64,000 nucleotides of DNA from a candidate division FCPU426 bacterium (GTDB taxonomy: Bacteria; Oederibacteriota; Muellerivitia; Muellerivitales; Muellerivitaceae): NCBI GenBank assembly GCA_963847625.1, contig CAWKAR010000038.1, positions 1 to 64,000 on the forward strand. The letters run 5' to 3'. Below, one piece after another: positions 40,336-49,694 of the stretch. Made by a program: the position numbers and the translations under genes. How positions within the stretch are numbered: the first letter of the stretch is position 1; every line of letters starts with the position of its first letter. Under the pieces are notes generated by a model. The model had not been told where the DNA came from, did no database searches, and was given only the letters and a program-made list of their open reading frames with translations.

Positions 40336-41839
40336 CGTTTATTTTGCTTTCCGGGAGGGGATCCCCATAATCTTGTACATGTCCCAGCAGGGATTGAAAT
40401 CCCCGCCATAAAAGATCCAACTCCCTTAGGGATCTAACCGTGACCAACTGCCTGATGATAAACTTCGGTTTTTTCATGAGATTCCACGTCTTGGCGGTCC
40501 AGTAACTCGCGTTAATCTGGGTTTTCAAGATTGGATGGCTCATGTCGTATTTCTCATAGTCGGTTTTCCCCACCAAAAGCCAGCCCTTGCGGACCGCTTC
40601 CTTCCAGAGGGGGGCGCCTGGATAGGGGATCACCACCGACGCCTGCATGCAGTCGCCGGAGCGAACTTTGTAAAGAAGAAGGTCCTTCGTAACCTCGTAA
40701 GTCTTGCGGACGTCCTCCTCGGTTTCCCAAGGATAACCCATCATGGTGGTCAAAAGGACCCGAAGACCCCTGTCTTTGGCCATTTTAACCCCGCGACTGA
40801 TTAAATCAACCGTTTCACACTTGGCCAAGCGTTTGATGCTGCTGTCCGTGCCGGCTTCCAGCCCGATTTTTAAAAGACGCCAACCACATTTGACCAGCAG
40901 ATCCACGACTTCCTCGTTAAGGGTGTCGGCCCTGCAGTTGGAGGAGAATTGGTAACGGCCCAAGAGATTACGTTCTTTAAGTTCCTTGTGAAATTCCCGC
41001 AGCCACTGGACATTATTAATGGGGCCGGATTCGTTGTCGTCGAAAAACTCCCAGATTTTATATTTGTTAATGCAAATTTCCATTTCAGCGGCCACGTTAG
41101 CGGGGGTGCGCAGGCGGGCGGTCCTGCCCCAGAGGGCGTGCTGCCATATGCAAAAGGTACAAAGGCCAACGCCACCTCCTGATTCCTTGGGCGCCCCGCA
41201 ACCGCGCCCGGTCAGGATGTAGGCCGTGGGCCGCAAAAGGTAAGCCTCGCCGTAATCCCCTGTGCGGGTCAATTCCCGGTCAAGGAAAGGAAGAGAGTCT
41301 AAGTTTTCCTCCAGTTTGTGGGGACCGGTCGTGACTGTTTTGCCATCGGCTCCCCGATACCAGATTCCGGGACCCAGGGCATCGTTGCCCGAAAGGTGTT
41401 CAACCAGGTTGCGGCCGACGATATCGTAATCCCCGCCGGTCATGACGTAATCCACGTTGGAATTTAATACCGACTCTTCCGGGAAAAAAGAGACATGGTC
41501 GCCCATGAGGACCGTTTTTACCCCGGGGTAACGATTTTTCAATTCGTCGATATATTTCCAGTGGCGGTAAAGAACGGGAGCCTTGGTTTCCAAGAAGACG
41601 ATTTCAGGCTTGAATTCGTCCAGGTGCCTTTCGTACTCCTCGTCGCTCATCCGGCGGTTGATCCCGTCCAGCCAAAGGACGTCATGCCCCAAGTGTTTCA
41701 GGTTGGTGGCCAGGTGGCCGGGAACCAGGGGAAATATCCTAACCTCCAGGGATTTGGAAAATTTCATATGGCGGTTTTGAGTGAGAAGAGGGAATTCCCC
41801 CTCTTTGCGGAAAGGGGGATAAAGGATGGCTGTTTTCAT
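40301..41839 (-). CDS. B12-binding-domain radical SAM protein
   Basis: N-terminal cobalamin-binding-like domain (VLMGDHVS, VDYVMTGGDY). GRGC-X12-CTFC, FFDDNE, IGLEAG, GYPWET, PYPGAPLW. Confidence 0.88.
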   Translation of the reverse strand: MKTAILYPPFRKEGEFPLLTQNRHMKFSKSLEVRIFPLVPGHLATNLKHLGHDVLWLDGINRRMSDEEYERHLDEFKPEIVFLETKAPVLYRHWKYIDELKNRYPGVKTVLMGDHVSFFPEESVLNSNVDYVMTGGDYDIVGRNLVEHLSGNDALGPGIWYRGADGKTVTTGPHKLEENLDSLPFLDRELTRTGDYGEAYLLRPTAYILTGRGCGAPKESGGGVGLCTFCIWQHALWGRTARLRTPANVAAEMEICINKYKIWEFFDDNESGPINNVQWLREFHKELKERNLLGRYQFSSNCRADTLNEEVVDLLVKCGWRLLKIGLEAGTDSSIKRLAKCETVDLISRGVKMAKDRGLRVLLTTMMGYPWETEEDVRKTYEVTKDLLLYKVRSGDCMQASVVIPYPGAPLWKEAVRKGWLLVGKTDYEKYDMSHPILKTQINASYWTAKTWNLMKKPKFIIRQLVTVRSLRELDLLWRGFQSLLGHVQDYGDPLPESKINDATPQTATSRL

Positions 41840-41882
41840 GGGGACCTCATTAGAAAAGAAGGTTGACGATGTTCACGTAAAT

Positions 41883-42866
41883 TTATCTTCTGGCCCGGTA
41901 ATAATCAATGGTGTGTTTCAAACCTTCTTTTAAACTCACTTGAGGCACCCAGTGAAGCCTCTTTTTCGCCTTGGATATGTCAGGTTTTCTTCGGACGGGG
42001 TCGTCCTGGGGAAGGGGAAAACGCTTCATTTTAACTTTGGTTATTCCGCAAAGAATGGAAACCAGTTTGGCGAAATCGCGAATATTGGTTTCCTGGGGGT
42101 TACCCAGGTTGAAAACCTCGCCCGTGGTGTTTTTAGTTGAAATGGCCGCCCAAATACCCCTTACCAAATCAGTGACATAACAAAAGCTCCGGGTTTGGGA
42201 GCCGTCCCCATAAATCGTAAAGGGCTTGCCCTTCAAAGCTTGGGTGATCAAGTTTGAAACCACCCGCCCGTCGTTTTCGTTCAGACGGGGTCCGTAGGTG
42301 TTGAAAATCCGGATGATGCGCGCATCCACGTCGAACTTGTGTATATATTCATAAACCAGGGCTTCTCCCAGCCTTTTGCTCTCGTCATAGCAGGACCGGG
42401 GGCCAAAGGAGTTTACGTTGCCCCAATAGGTCTCTACTTGCGGATGAACGCGGGGTGTCCCGTAGACCTCGGATGTGGACGCGAACAAGAACTTGGTATG
42501 TTTTTTCCGGCAATACTCCAGAAGTTGAAGGCAGCCCATGGAGTTAACCAGAATGGTTTTTATGGAATTTTTCATGTAACCCGCGGGGGAAGCGGGAGAC
42601 GCCAGATGAAAAATGTAATCGGCTTTGGGGAAAACCCGGGGGAAACCCCTCCTGTTATTGCCCAGGAACCTTGGAAGCCCCTTAATGACGTCGCGGTTAA
42701 TAAATCGAAATCCCGGGTTGCCACGGAGGTGCGCGATGTTTTCCAGCTTACCCGTGATGAGGTTGTCCACGCAAATCACTTGGTGGCCCAAACCGGTTAA
42801 AAAATCGCAAAGATGGGAACCCACAAAGCCGGCTCCGCCTGTGACGATGGAATGCGTTTGTTTCAT
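41883..42866 (-). CDS. UDP-glucuronate decarboxylase (UDP-xylose synthase) family SDR
   Basis: TGGAGFVGSHL, HLASPASP, STSEVYG, GPRSCYDESKR, RIFNTYGP, DDPVRRKPDI. Confidence 0.92.
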   Translation of the reverse strand: MKQTHSIVTGGAGFVGSHLCDFLTGLGHQVICVDNLITGKLENIAHLRGNPGFRFINRDVIKGLPRFLGNNRRGFPRVFPKADYIFHLASPASPAGYMKNSIKTILVNSMGCLQLLEYCRKKHTKFLFASTSEVYGTPRVHPQVETYWGNVNSFGPRSCYDESKRLGEALVYEYIHKFDVDARIIRIFNTYGPRLNENDGRVVSNLITQALKGKPFTIYGDGSQTRSFCYVTDLVRGIWAAISTKNTTGEVFNLGNPQETNIRDFAKLVSILCGITKVKMKRFPLPQDDPVRRKPDISKAKKRLHWVPQVSLKEGLKHTIDYYRARR

Positions 42867-42950
42867 AAAACCTCAACAAGCAATGACAATATGGTTCGCA
42901 AAGTAGTGAAGTTTAACACAGGCAGGGAATGCCTGCCAGAAAAAGCAGGA

Positions 42951-44105
42951 TCAACGGATGGGATAACCGGCGCCGCCATATGGATTGGTATCGGCTTCGG
43001 TGGGGGTCGGAGAGAAGGGGGCCGGGGTGGGGGGGGCGGAGAGGTCTTTTTTAGGTTTTAAACGGATGATGACGTTATTTTGAATATCCGTGATATAGAG
43101 ACGGTTTTGCGAGTCACTGGCGATTCCCCTGAAACGGGGCAAAAAGTTTTCGTTCAAGATTTCATCCTTGGCCCTCCAAAGGCTCAAGAACTCAAAGTCG
43201 CCGTTCCGGCTGTTATAAAAATCCACTACGCCTCCGATCCCATCGGTGATGGCCGCCACCCCGGAGGGCGTAACAGCCACTCCCGAGGGCTCCTTGAATT
43301 GATAAGGGCCTTCGCCATACCAGCCCTGTACAGTGACGGGAGCCGTGTTGGTCGTGGCGGAGGATTGGTCGTTGAAAACCTCCATCCGGAAATTTCCCGT
43401 GTCGGCCACGATGGCCTGGTCGATGTTGTTCAGTGCGATCCCCCAAGGAAGATTCATGAAACCAGGCTGGGTTCCATAGGAGCCCCAGGTGAAATTAAAA
43501 ACACCCATATTGCTGAAATTCTCGACGCGGGAATTGCCCGTATCCAGGACCCAGATGTTCCCGTAATGATCCTTGAGGATGGTATGAGGCGTGTTGAACT
43601 GGCCGTTGGCGTTGCCTTGGCTTCCCCAGGAAGAGACCACCAGGCCGTTCTCATCCAGGACCACGATCCGGTTATTCAAGGTGTCGGACACGTAGATTTT
43701 CCTCGGGGGAAGGACCAGAAGCGCTGTCGGGTGGTTGAACTGGGGCGGGTTACGCCAGGTGGCGGAGGTGCCGAAGGATCCGTAGGATGTCACGGGTTTC
43801 CCGTCGGTATCCCAGACTAGGATCCGGTTGTTGGCGGTATCGGCGATGTAAAGGAGCCCGTCGGGACCGATGGCCAGCCCTTCCGGAATGTTCAGCTGGT
43901 TGATATTCGCGCCCTTGGAACCCCACATGGAGTCGAAAACGTAGAGCTTTTCACCGGACCAAGGCATGGGCGTGGGTGTCTCCGTAGCGGTTTCGGTGCA
44001 AGTGGGTGTGGGGGTGTAACGGTGCCTGGCTAGGACATAGCCCGGGCAGGAATAACTGAAAATCAAAAAAGCGAAAAAAAGATAGCCCAAAAACTTCTTT
44101 TTCAT
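42951..44105 (-). CDS. Secreted NHL-repeat protein with Thr/Pro-rich ends
   Basis: Signal peptide. IADTANNRI, WGSQGNANGQFNTP repeats. TPTPT segments at both ends. Confidence 0.85.
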   Translation of the reverse strand: MKKKFLGYLFFAFLIFSYSCPGYVLARHRYTPTPTCTETATETPTPMPWSGEKLYVFDSMWGSKGANINQLNIPEGLAIGPDGLLYIADTANNRILVWDTDGKPVTSYGSFGTSATWRNPPQFNHPTALLVLPPRKIYVSDTLNNRIVVLDENGLVVSSWGSQGNANGQFNTPHTILKDHYGNIWVLDTGNSRVENFSNMGVFNFTWGSYGTQPGFMNLPWGIALNNIDQAIVADTGNFRMEVFNDQSSATTNTAPVTVQGWYGEGPYQFKEPSGVAVTPSGVAAITDGIGGVVDFYNSRNGDFEFLSLWRAKDEILNENFLPRFRGIASDSQNRLYITDIQNNVIIRLKPKKDLSAPPTPAPFSPTPTEADTNPYGGAGYPIR

Positions 44106-44305
44106 AGCGAAGTTTATGCTATCGGGGGTTTATGCGGCAGTCAACTTAAAAGGATTTTTTCATCAGAAGCCTTTTTCATTCAAAAGCCGGGATTTTAATT
44201 TTCATTTAGATAATGGATAAAAAGGGAAAGAAATGTGGAGAAAATAGGAGGTCCATTGCGGGGGAAGATAAAATCCGAGAGGATTTGAACTGGAAAAGAT
44301 AAGGC

Positions 44306-44791
44306 TCAGGCGCCTTCCATACGGCTTTGGCAGTTGATACAGCGGGTGGCCCAGGGTATGGCTTTCAAGCGGGCCATCGGTATGGATTTTTTACATATCT
44401 CGCACAAACCGTAAGACCCATCCGTGATGTGGGAAAGGGCCTTTTCGATCCGATCCAACTCAATCCGGTCGTTTTCCATCAGGGTGAGGGAGAGGTGCTG
44501 GGTTAATTCACCCGTACCATGGTCGGCCATGTCGCCGGGAACATTTTGGTTGTCGGCGATTTCCTCGCGGAGATCCGTTTCGAGATGGTTGACTTGGCCG
44601 GTAATTGCGTTACGGCGGTCCTGCAATCTTTTAAGAAGGGGGAGATAAGCCGGGTCGATTTTAAGCCTTTTCTTGGGAGCGACTTTAAAGGCCGAAAGTT
44701 TGGAAACGGGTTTTGCTGCTATTTTGCGGGAAGATTTTTTTGTTTTCTTCCCCGAACTTTTTGAGGACGATTTACGTTTGGAACGAGCCAT
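44306..44791 (-). CDS. TraR/DksA C4 zinc-finger transcription factor
   Basis: GDMAD coiled-coil tip, YGLCEIC, RLKAIPWATRCINC. Confidence 0.9.
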   Translation of the reverse strand: MARSKRKSSSKSSGKKTKKSSRKIAAKPVSKLSAFKVAPKKRLKIDPAYLPLLKRLQDRRNAITGQVNHLETDLREEIADNQNVPGDMADHGTGELTQHLSLTLMENDRIELDRIEKALSHITDGSYGLCEICKKSIPMARLKAIPWATRCINCQSRMEGA

Positions 44792-45028
44792 GGTTCCCTC
44801 CAGTCCTTAATTTATGTGGTTAAAAGCTCTGGCAACAAATGGGTATTGAAAAGGTATAGAAGAGTATCTAAGGCTTCCTGAACTGTCAAGACTAAAGGGA
44901 ACCGTTATTTTTCAGCGGAATGCGAGGGCCCGGCGGGGGGATGACCGGAACGCGCGGGTTGAATTTCCCTGGTTAAGGCACATCCGGACGCCTTATACTT
45001 AAACCACCTTTTTTAAAAGGAGCGCCCC

Positions 45029-45598
45029 ATGGCCATGGGAATCATTTTAGTGGTTTTGTTCTTTATCTTAGGTGTCGTTATTCTTGCCACGCTTTATTTC
45101 ATCTCGATTTACAACCATTTGGTCCGTTACCGTGTGGAAGTGGATGATTCTTGGAGCCAAATCGACGTCCAACTCAAGCGCAGGCATGACCTGATCCCCA
45201 ACCTTGTGGAAACGGTCAAGGGGGTCATGGATTTCGAGAAAAACACCCTTACCCAGGTCATGCAGGCCCGTGCTAGCGCCATGGGCGCCGCCAACCTGGC
45301 CGACCGTATGAAGGCGGAAAACGACATCACGAGCGGGTTGGGCCGCTTGCTCGCCGTCTGGGAAAACTACCCGGCGCTGAAATCCAACGAGAACGCCAAG
45401 CAGCTCCAGGAAGAACTCACTTCCACCGAGAACAAAATCGCTTATTCCCGGGGCCATTACAACGACGTGGTGGCCAATTTCAACACGATCGTCCAGCAGT
45501 TCCCGTCCAATCTCATCGCGGGCCCGTTCCACTTCCAAGCCAGGGAATTCATGAAGGCGGCCGAAGCGGATAAGGAAGTCCCCCAAGTCAAATTCTGA
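45029..45598 (+). CDS. lemA: LemA family protein
   Basis: SWSQIDVQLKRRHDLIPNLVETVKG, ENYPALKSN, TENKIAYSR. Confidence 0.95.
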   Translation: MAMGIILVVLFFILGVVILATLYFISIYNHLVRYRVEVDDSWSQIDVQLKRRHDLIPNLVETVKGVMDFEKNTLTQVMQARASAMGAANLADRMKAENDITSGLGRLLAVWENYPALKSNENAKQLQEELTSTENKIAYSRGHYNDVVANFNTIVQQFPSNLIAGPFHFQAREFMKAAEADKEVPQVKF

Positions 45599-45644
45599 TA
45601 CCGGTTGACAAGCCGCCCAATGCCGGATCCGGACCGAGGCAGGG

Positions 45645-47348
45645 ATGTTTTATTCTTTACCCGCTGAAACGGTTTTCGAGGCCAAACAACGTACGAAAAG
45701 GGCGACAGTCCTCCTATTTTTCCTCCTAGCCGTCCTTTACATTTTCTTCGCCGATCTCATGGCCGTATCCGCTTATTTGTGCGTCAAAATCAGGTTCACC
45801 TCGAGAATCATCGGGGAGGAGTTTCTCTGGATCATGATCCTGACCACCCTGACCGCGGCCGTGGTGGCCGTGGTCCATTTCATCGTTGTCCGGAACAAAT
45901 CGCTGGAGGATATGCTCGCCCAAATCAAGGCCCGGCCCGCGGACCCCGGCGATGAATACCATTCCCAATTCATCAACATCGTTTCAGAGGCCGAGGCGGC
46001 CACCGGCATCCACGGCATTCAACCGGTCGTCCTGGCCACCCCCGGGTGCAACGCCTTCTCCCTGCAGGATTCCCGGGGCCATTGCGCCATCGGGGCCACC
46101 GAGGGCCTTCTTTCCAAGCTCACCCGCGGCGAACTCTCCGCCGTCATCGCGCACGAGGCCGCGCATCTCCTGCATGAGGATTCCCGGCTCGTGACGACCG
46201 CCTGTTTCCTGTTCAGCGTTTTCGGGGATATCCACGCGGCCCTGGGCCAGGTTCTTTCCGCCGGGTCTTCGATTTCCTATTCCTATGGGCGTTCCTATGG
46301 AAGGAAGGGGGGAGGGAGCGGAGGCGGGGGATTTGGCCTGGCTGTCTCGGCGCTATGGCTTATTTCCGGGGTGGGATACCTGTTGACCCGCCTGATCAGC
46401 ATGGCTATTTCCCGGGAGAGGGAATACTTTGCCGACTCGGACGGGGTCCAGATGTGCAAGGACCCCCTTTCCCTCGCGGAAGGCCTTTACAAGATATCCC
46501 ACCGGTACCGGGGGGAAATGCCGGACGCTTACTCGGCGGTTTTCATCATGGACCCGAACCAATCCGAAATCGCCGAGCAGGAGGGTTTTTTCCCCGACCT
46601 TTTCAGCACCCATCCGCCTGTTTCCAAGAGACTCACCAAACTCCTGGGCTGGGCGAAGTCCGACGTGAAAACCCTTCAGGAGGCGGTGGAACAGGAGGAA
46701 AAATCCGCGAAACCCAGTGGCCCTGCCGAGGAAACCCCGGCGCCCGACAAATCGGGGTTCATGACATTCCAAAACAACCAATGGGTGGGGCCCTATACCC
46801 CCCTCCAGCTCCTGACCGCCGGAATCATCACCCCCTCCTCCTGGGTTTGTCCCGCGGGAAGCCAGCAGGTGGTGAAGGCCTCGGAAACGGCGGAATTGAT
46901 CCCCCTATTCCAAAAACAGGTCCAGGGGGCCGTGGCCCAGGAAGCCTGTCCCCGCTGCAAGGTCCCCCTGCTGGATACCCACTATGAAGGCGCGGAAGTG
47001 GAACAATGCAGTTATTGCAAGGGACATCTGTTGAAGGCCGGGGTCCTGGAGAGGCTCATCACCCGCGAGGAGAGGACCTTTGACCCCGAGGAAATCAAGA
47101 AAGCCAGGATTTGGAGGGACTCCCAGAAGGGCCCCCTCAAGGACCGGGACCCCTTCCCCGATATCCAATGCCCCTTTTGCAAGTGCGCCATGGGCAGAAG
47201 CGTCCACTCCATGCTGACCCAGGTGATCATCAACCATTGTTGCAACGATGATTGCGGGGCCATCTGGTGCGACGGGGGGGAATTGGAGACGATCCAAATG
47301 CTGATCCGGGACGCCCATTCCGGTTCTTCTCCCGCGAAGAACATATAA
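45645..47348 (+). CDS. HtpX-like M48 zinc metalloprotease with C-terminal GYF_2-like and two zf-TFIIB-like zinc ribbons
   Basis: NAF, IAHEAAH, SREREYFAD, STHPP. GPYT..L. CPRC..CSYC and CPFC..C..CGAIWCDGGEL. Confidence 0.85.
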   Translation: MFYSLPAETVFEAKQRTKRATVLLFFLLAVLYIFFADLMAVSAYLCVKIRFTSRIIGEEFLWIMILTTLTAAVVAVVHFIVVRNKSLEDMLAQIKARPADPGDEYHSQFINIVSEAEAATGIHGIQPVVLATPGCNAFSLQDSRGHCAIGATEGLLSKLTRGELSAVIAHEAAHLLHEDSRLVTTACFLFSVFGDIHAALGQVLSAGSSISYSYGRSYGRKGGGSGGGGFGLAVSALWLISGVGYLLTRLISMAISREREYFADSDGVQMCKDPLSLAEGLYKISHRYRGEMPDAYSAVFIMDPNQSEIAEQEGFFPDLFSTHPPVSKRLTKLLGWAKSDVKTLQEAVEQEEKSAKPSGPAEETPAPDKSGFMTFQNNQWVGPYTPLQLLTAGIITPSSWVCPAGSQQVVKASETAELIPLFQKQVQGAVAQEACPRCKVPLLDTHYEGAEVEQCSYCKGHLLKAGVLERLITREERTFDPEEIKKARIWRDSQKGPLKDRDPFPDIQCPFCKCAMGRSVHSMLTQVIINHCCNDDCGAIWCDGGELETIQMLIRDAHSGSSPAKNI

Positions 47349-47687
47349 GTCAATTCATGTCTCTCCATAGGGTGTCGCATATACGAGACAACCTATTAGA
47401 AGTGGGTTTGATATATCCCCTTGTCTTTGCACGGAGCGGGAAAGGAAAAGACCAGGTTCAAAGTCTTGAAGGTGAAATGTAGGCATTAGATCGATGACAG
47501 GGGTTACAAAGGATGAAATGGTTGAAATGGCCGAATTTTGGGGGTAGTTATGTGGTGGTAGTACAATAAGTAACAAGTTAGCTGTTGGTGAAATCGGCTT
47601 AAGTCATCTTGAAAATACCGCCTTTATGCAATAGTAGCGGCACGGTCACCAGAATCAGATAATTAAAAAAGGATGTAAAGGTTAGAT

Positions 47688-48668
47688 ATGAAAAATCTAT
47701 TTTTAATACTTCTTTTTTCGAGTTTATTCCCAATTTGCGGATACGCCTTTACCGCGGACGAGTATTATCATGCGGGATTTGCGGACTATCAGGCGGGGAA
47801 ATGGAACAATGCGATCCCTTTATTGGAAAATGCAATACAACAAGATCCGAATTATTGGGAAGCGTACCAAATACTCGCTTATTCTTATTATCGATTAAAT
47901 GATATACAAAAATGTCTTCGAAATGGCGATGCAAGCATTCGAATTCATCCCAATAATCCAACCTTGCAAAATTTCATTGATAAATTAAAAACCCAAAACT
48001 TACCAGCCCCTTCAGTCGACAACCAACAAAATAATTCAGCAGTTGTTAATCCTACCCCAATACCAACATTGCCACCAATTCCAATGACCAATGGAAGTAC
48101 AACGCCTACAAATATAGCTTCATCAAAAAAAAATTCCTTTTACTTCAATCTTTCTGCCGTTACTCCGGATTATCCGAACGGATTTTCAACTGATTGGACA
48201 TCAGGCGGTAGTGTTGGAATTGCCTATGGAATTGATTTAAACAAAATGACTTCGATTGTTTTAAGTGGTCAATACAGTACATTTCCATTTAACTATACAT
48301 ACCCAGGTTTGGAATATTCAGGTGGTAGTGTTCATACGGTTATGTTTTTAGTAAACGGAAAATTCATTTTAGTAGGCGCGGAAAACCCTGTTGCATTTTA
48401 TGTAATAACAGGATTAGGACCAACTGACTTTATAATTGACACTTTAACCGCCACAAACATTTCAACAAGTCAAACCCAAACATACACTTCAACTTATGAA
48501 GCTGATTTTTCTTTACGCCTGGGAATGGGAATTGATATTAAATTAAACAAAGGAGTGGCTCTATATATCGAATCAAATGGTGTTGATACTTTTGTTTCTC
48601 AAAAAGTAGCGACCGAAGGCTATACGACCAACAATATGTTTTCAATCGGCATGAAATTCGATGAATAA
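47688..48668 (+). CDS. TPR + Pro-rich linker + small outer-membrane beta-barrel protein (AT-rich gene)
   Basis: Signal peptide. YYHAGFADYQAGKWNNAIPLLENAIQQDPNYWEAY TPR. C-terminal strands ending FSIGMKFDE. Confidence 0.7.
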   Translation: MKNLFLILLFSSLFPICGYAFTADEYYHAGFADYQAGKWNNAIPLLENAIQQDPNYWEAYQILAYSYYRLNDIQKCLRNGDASIRIHPNNPTLQNFIDKLKTQNLPAPSVDNQQNNSAVVNPTPIPTLPPIPMTNGSTTPTNIASSKKNSFYFNLSAVTPDYPNGFSTDWTSGGSVGIAYGIDLNKMTSIVLSGQYSTFPFNYTYPGLEYSGGSVHTVMFLVNGKFILVGAENPVAFYVITGLGPTDFIIDTLTATNISTSQTQTYTSTYEADFSLRLGMGIDIKLNKGVALYIESNGVDTFVSQKVATEGYTTNNMFSIGMKFDE

Positions 48669-48820
48669 AAAATCAAATTGTTTGGGGCTTTTTTTGTAGA
48701 ATCCCAATAAATTCCGCTTTTAAAATTACCCATATTGATTACCGCACGTGTGGGCTGGAAAGGCAATTTAGAATTTAAAACTCAACATTCAAAATTGGCT
48801 TTTACATAGGTTTTTTGGTC

Positions 48821-49591
48821 GGCATAGGCCGGAGCCCTGTAGGCATGGGCCGGACGCCCTGTGGGCATGAGCCGGACGCCCTGTGGGCATGAGCCGGACG
48901 CCCTGTGGGCATGAGCCGGGTGTCCTGTGGGCATGAGCCGGGTGTCCTGTGGGCATGAGCCGGGTGCCCTGTGGGCATGGGCTGGCACCCTGTGGGCACG
49001 GGTCGGACGCCCTGTGGGCATGAGCCGAGAGTCCTGTGGGCATGGGCCGGCACCCTGTGGGCATGAGCCGGGTGCCCTAGGAACATGGGGCTGGACGCCT
49101 AGGAACATCCTCCAGGGGTCCTAGAAACATGGGTCGGACGCCTAGGAACATGGATGTACCCTAGGAACATCCAGCCGGGTGTCCTGGGAACATGGGGCGT
49201 GCCCCTAGGAACATTCGGCAGGGGTCCTAGGAACATGGGGGATAAACCGCCCACATTCCCGTCGGAATTCGAGATACCCCCTTCGGAAAGGGCCGGGCCT
49301 CCCGTCGGAAAGGGGGATAACCTGCCCACATTCCTGCCCGCAGACGCCGGGGGTCCTGCCCGCATAGGTGGTTTTACTGCCCGCATGGGCCGGAAGTCCT
49401 GCCCGCATTTCGGGGTCTCCCGCCCGCAGAAGTCGGGGGTCCTGCCCGCATTGGTGCCTTTATGGGCACCAACACACGCACCCGTTGGGCCTTCGGCCCA
49501 AGGGCGATAAAAATCATCGAGTTATGTGACCTGGTTTGTGACCTCGCCACAGCGGCATGAGAGGATAAACCGCCCACATTCCTGCCCGCAT
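48821..49591. repeat. Intergenic tandem array with ~21.5-bp period and block-wise changing 10-11 bp cores
   Basis: 11x CCTGTGGGCAT (from 48836), 8x CCTAGGAACAT (49076-49236), 3x CCC(G/T)TCGGAA, 6x CCTGCCCGCA (49333-49450). GGATAA(ACC/CCT)GCCCACATTCC at 49240, 49315 and 49563. Confidence 0.92.
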
Positions 49592-49694
49592 GGTAACCCC
49601 TTGCGAATACGCAAAATCTTCGTTATTTCAGGGCTTAAATGGGCTGGAATAAACGGGGAAAACCGATTTGTTTTTCTGCTAACATGCTGGCCTT

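Noticed and set aside
48782..49577. Short ORFs over the array (MPTG/CPQG/AHR repeats)
   Set aside because: The same peptides appear in all frames because of the ~22-bp period. These are shadows of a non-coding repeat.
48821..49591. CRISPR array (GGGGATAAACCG at 49238 matches the end of the E. coli type I-E repeat)
   Set aside because: Cores are only 10-11 bp with ~11-bp related spacers, the matching motif is irregularly spaced and lacks the repeat hairpin, and no cas genes are present.
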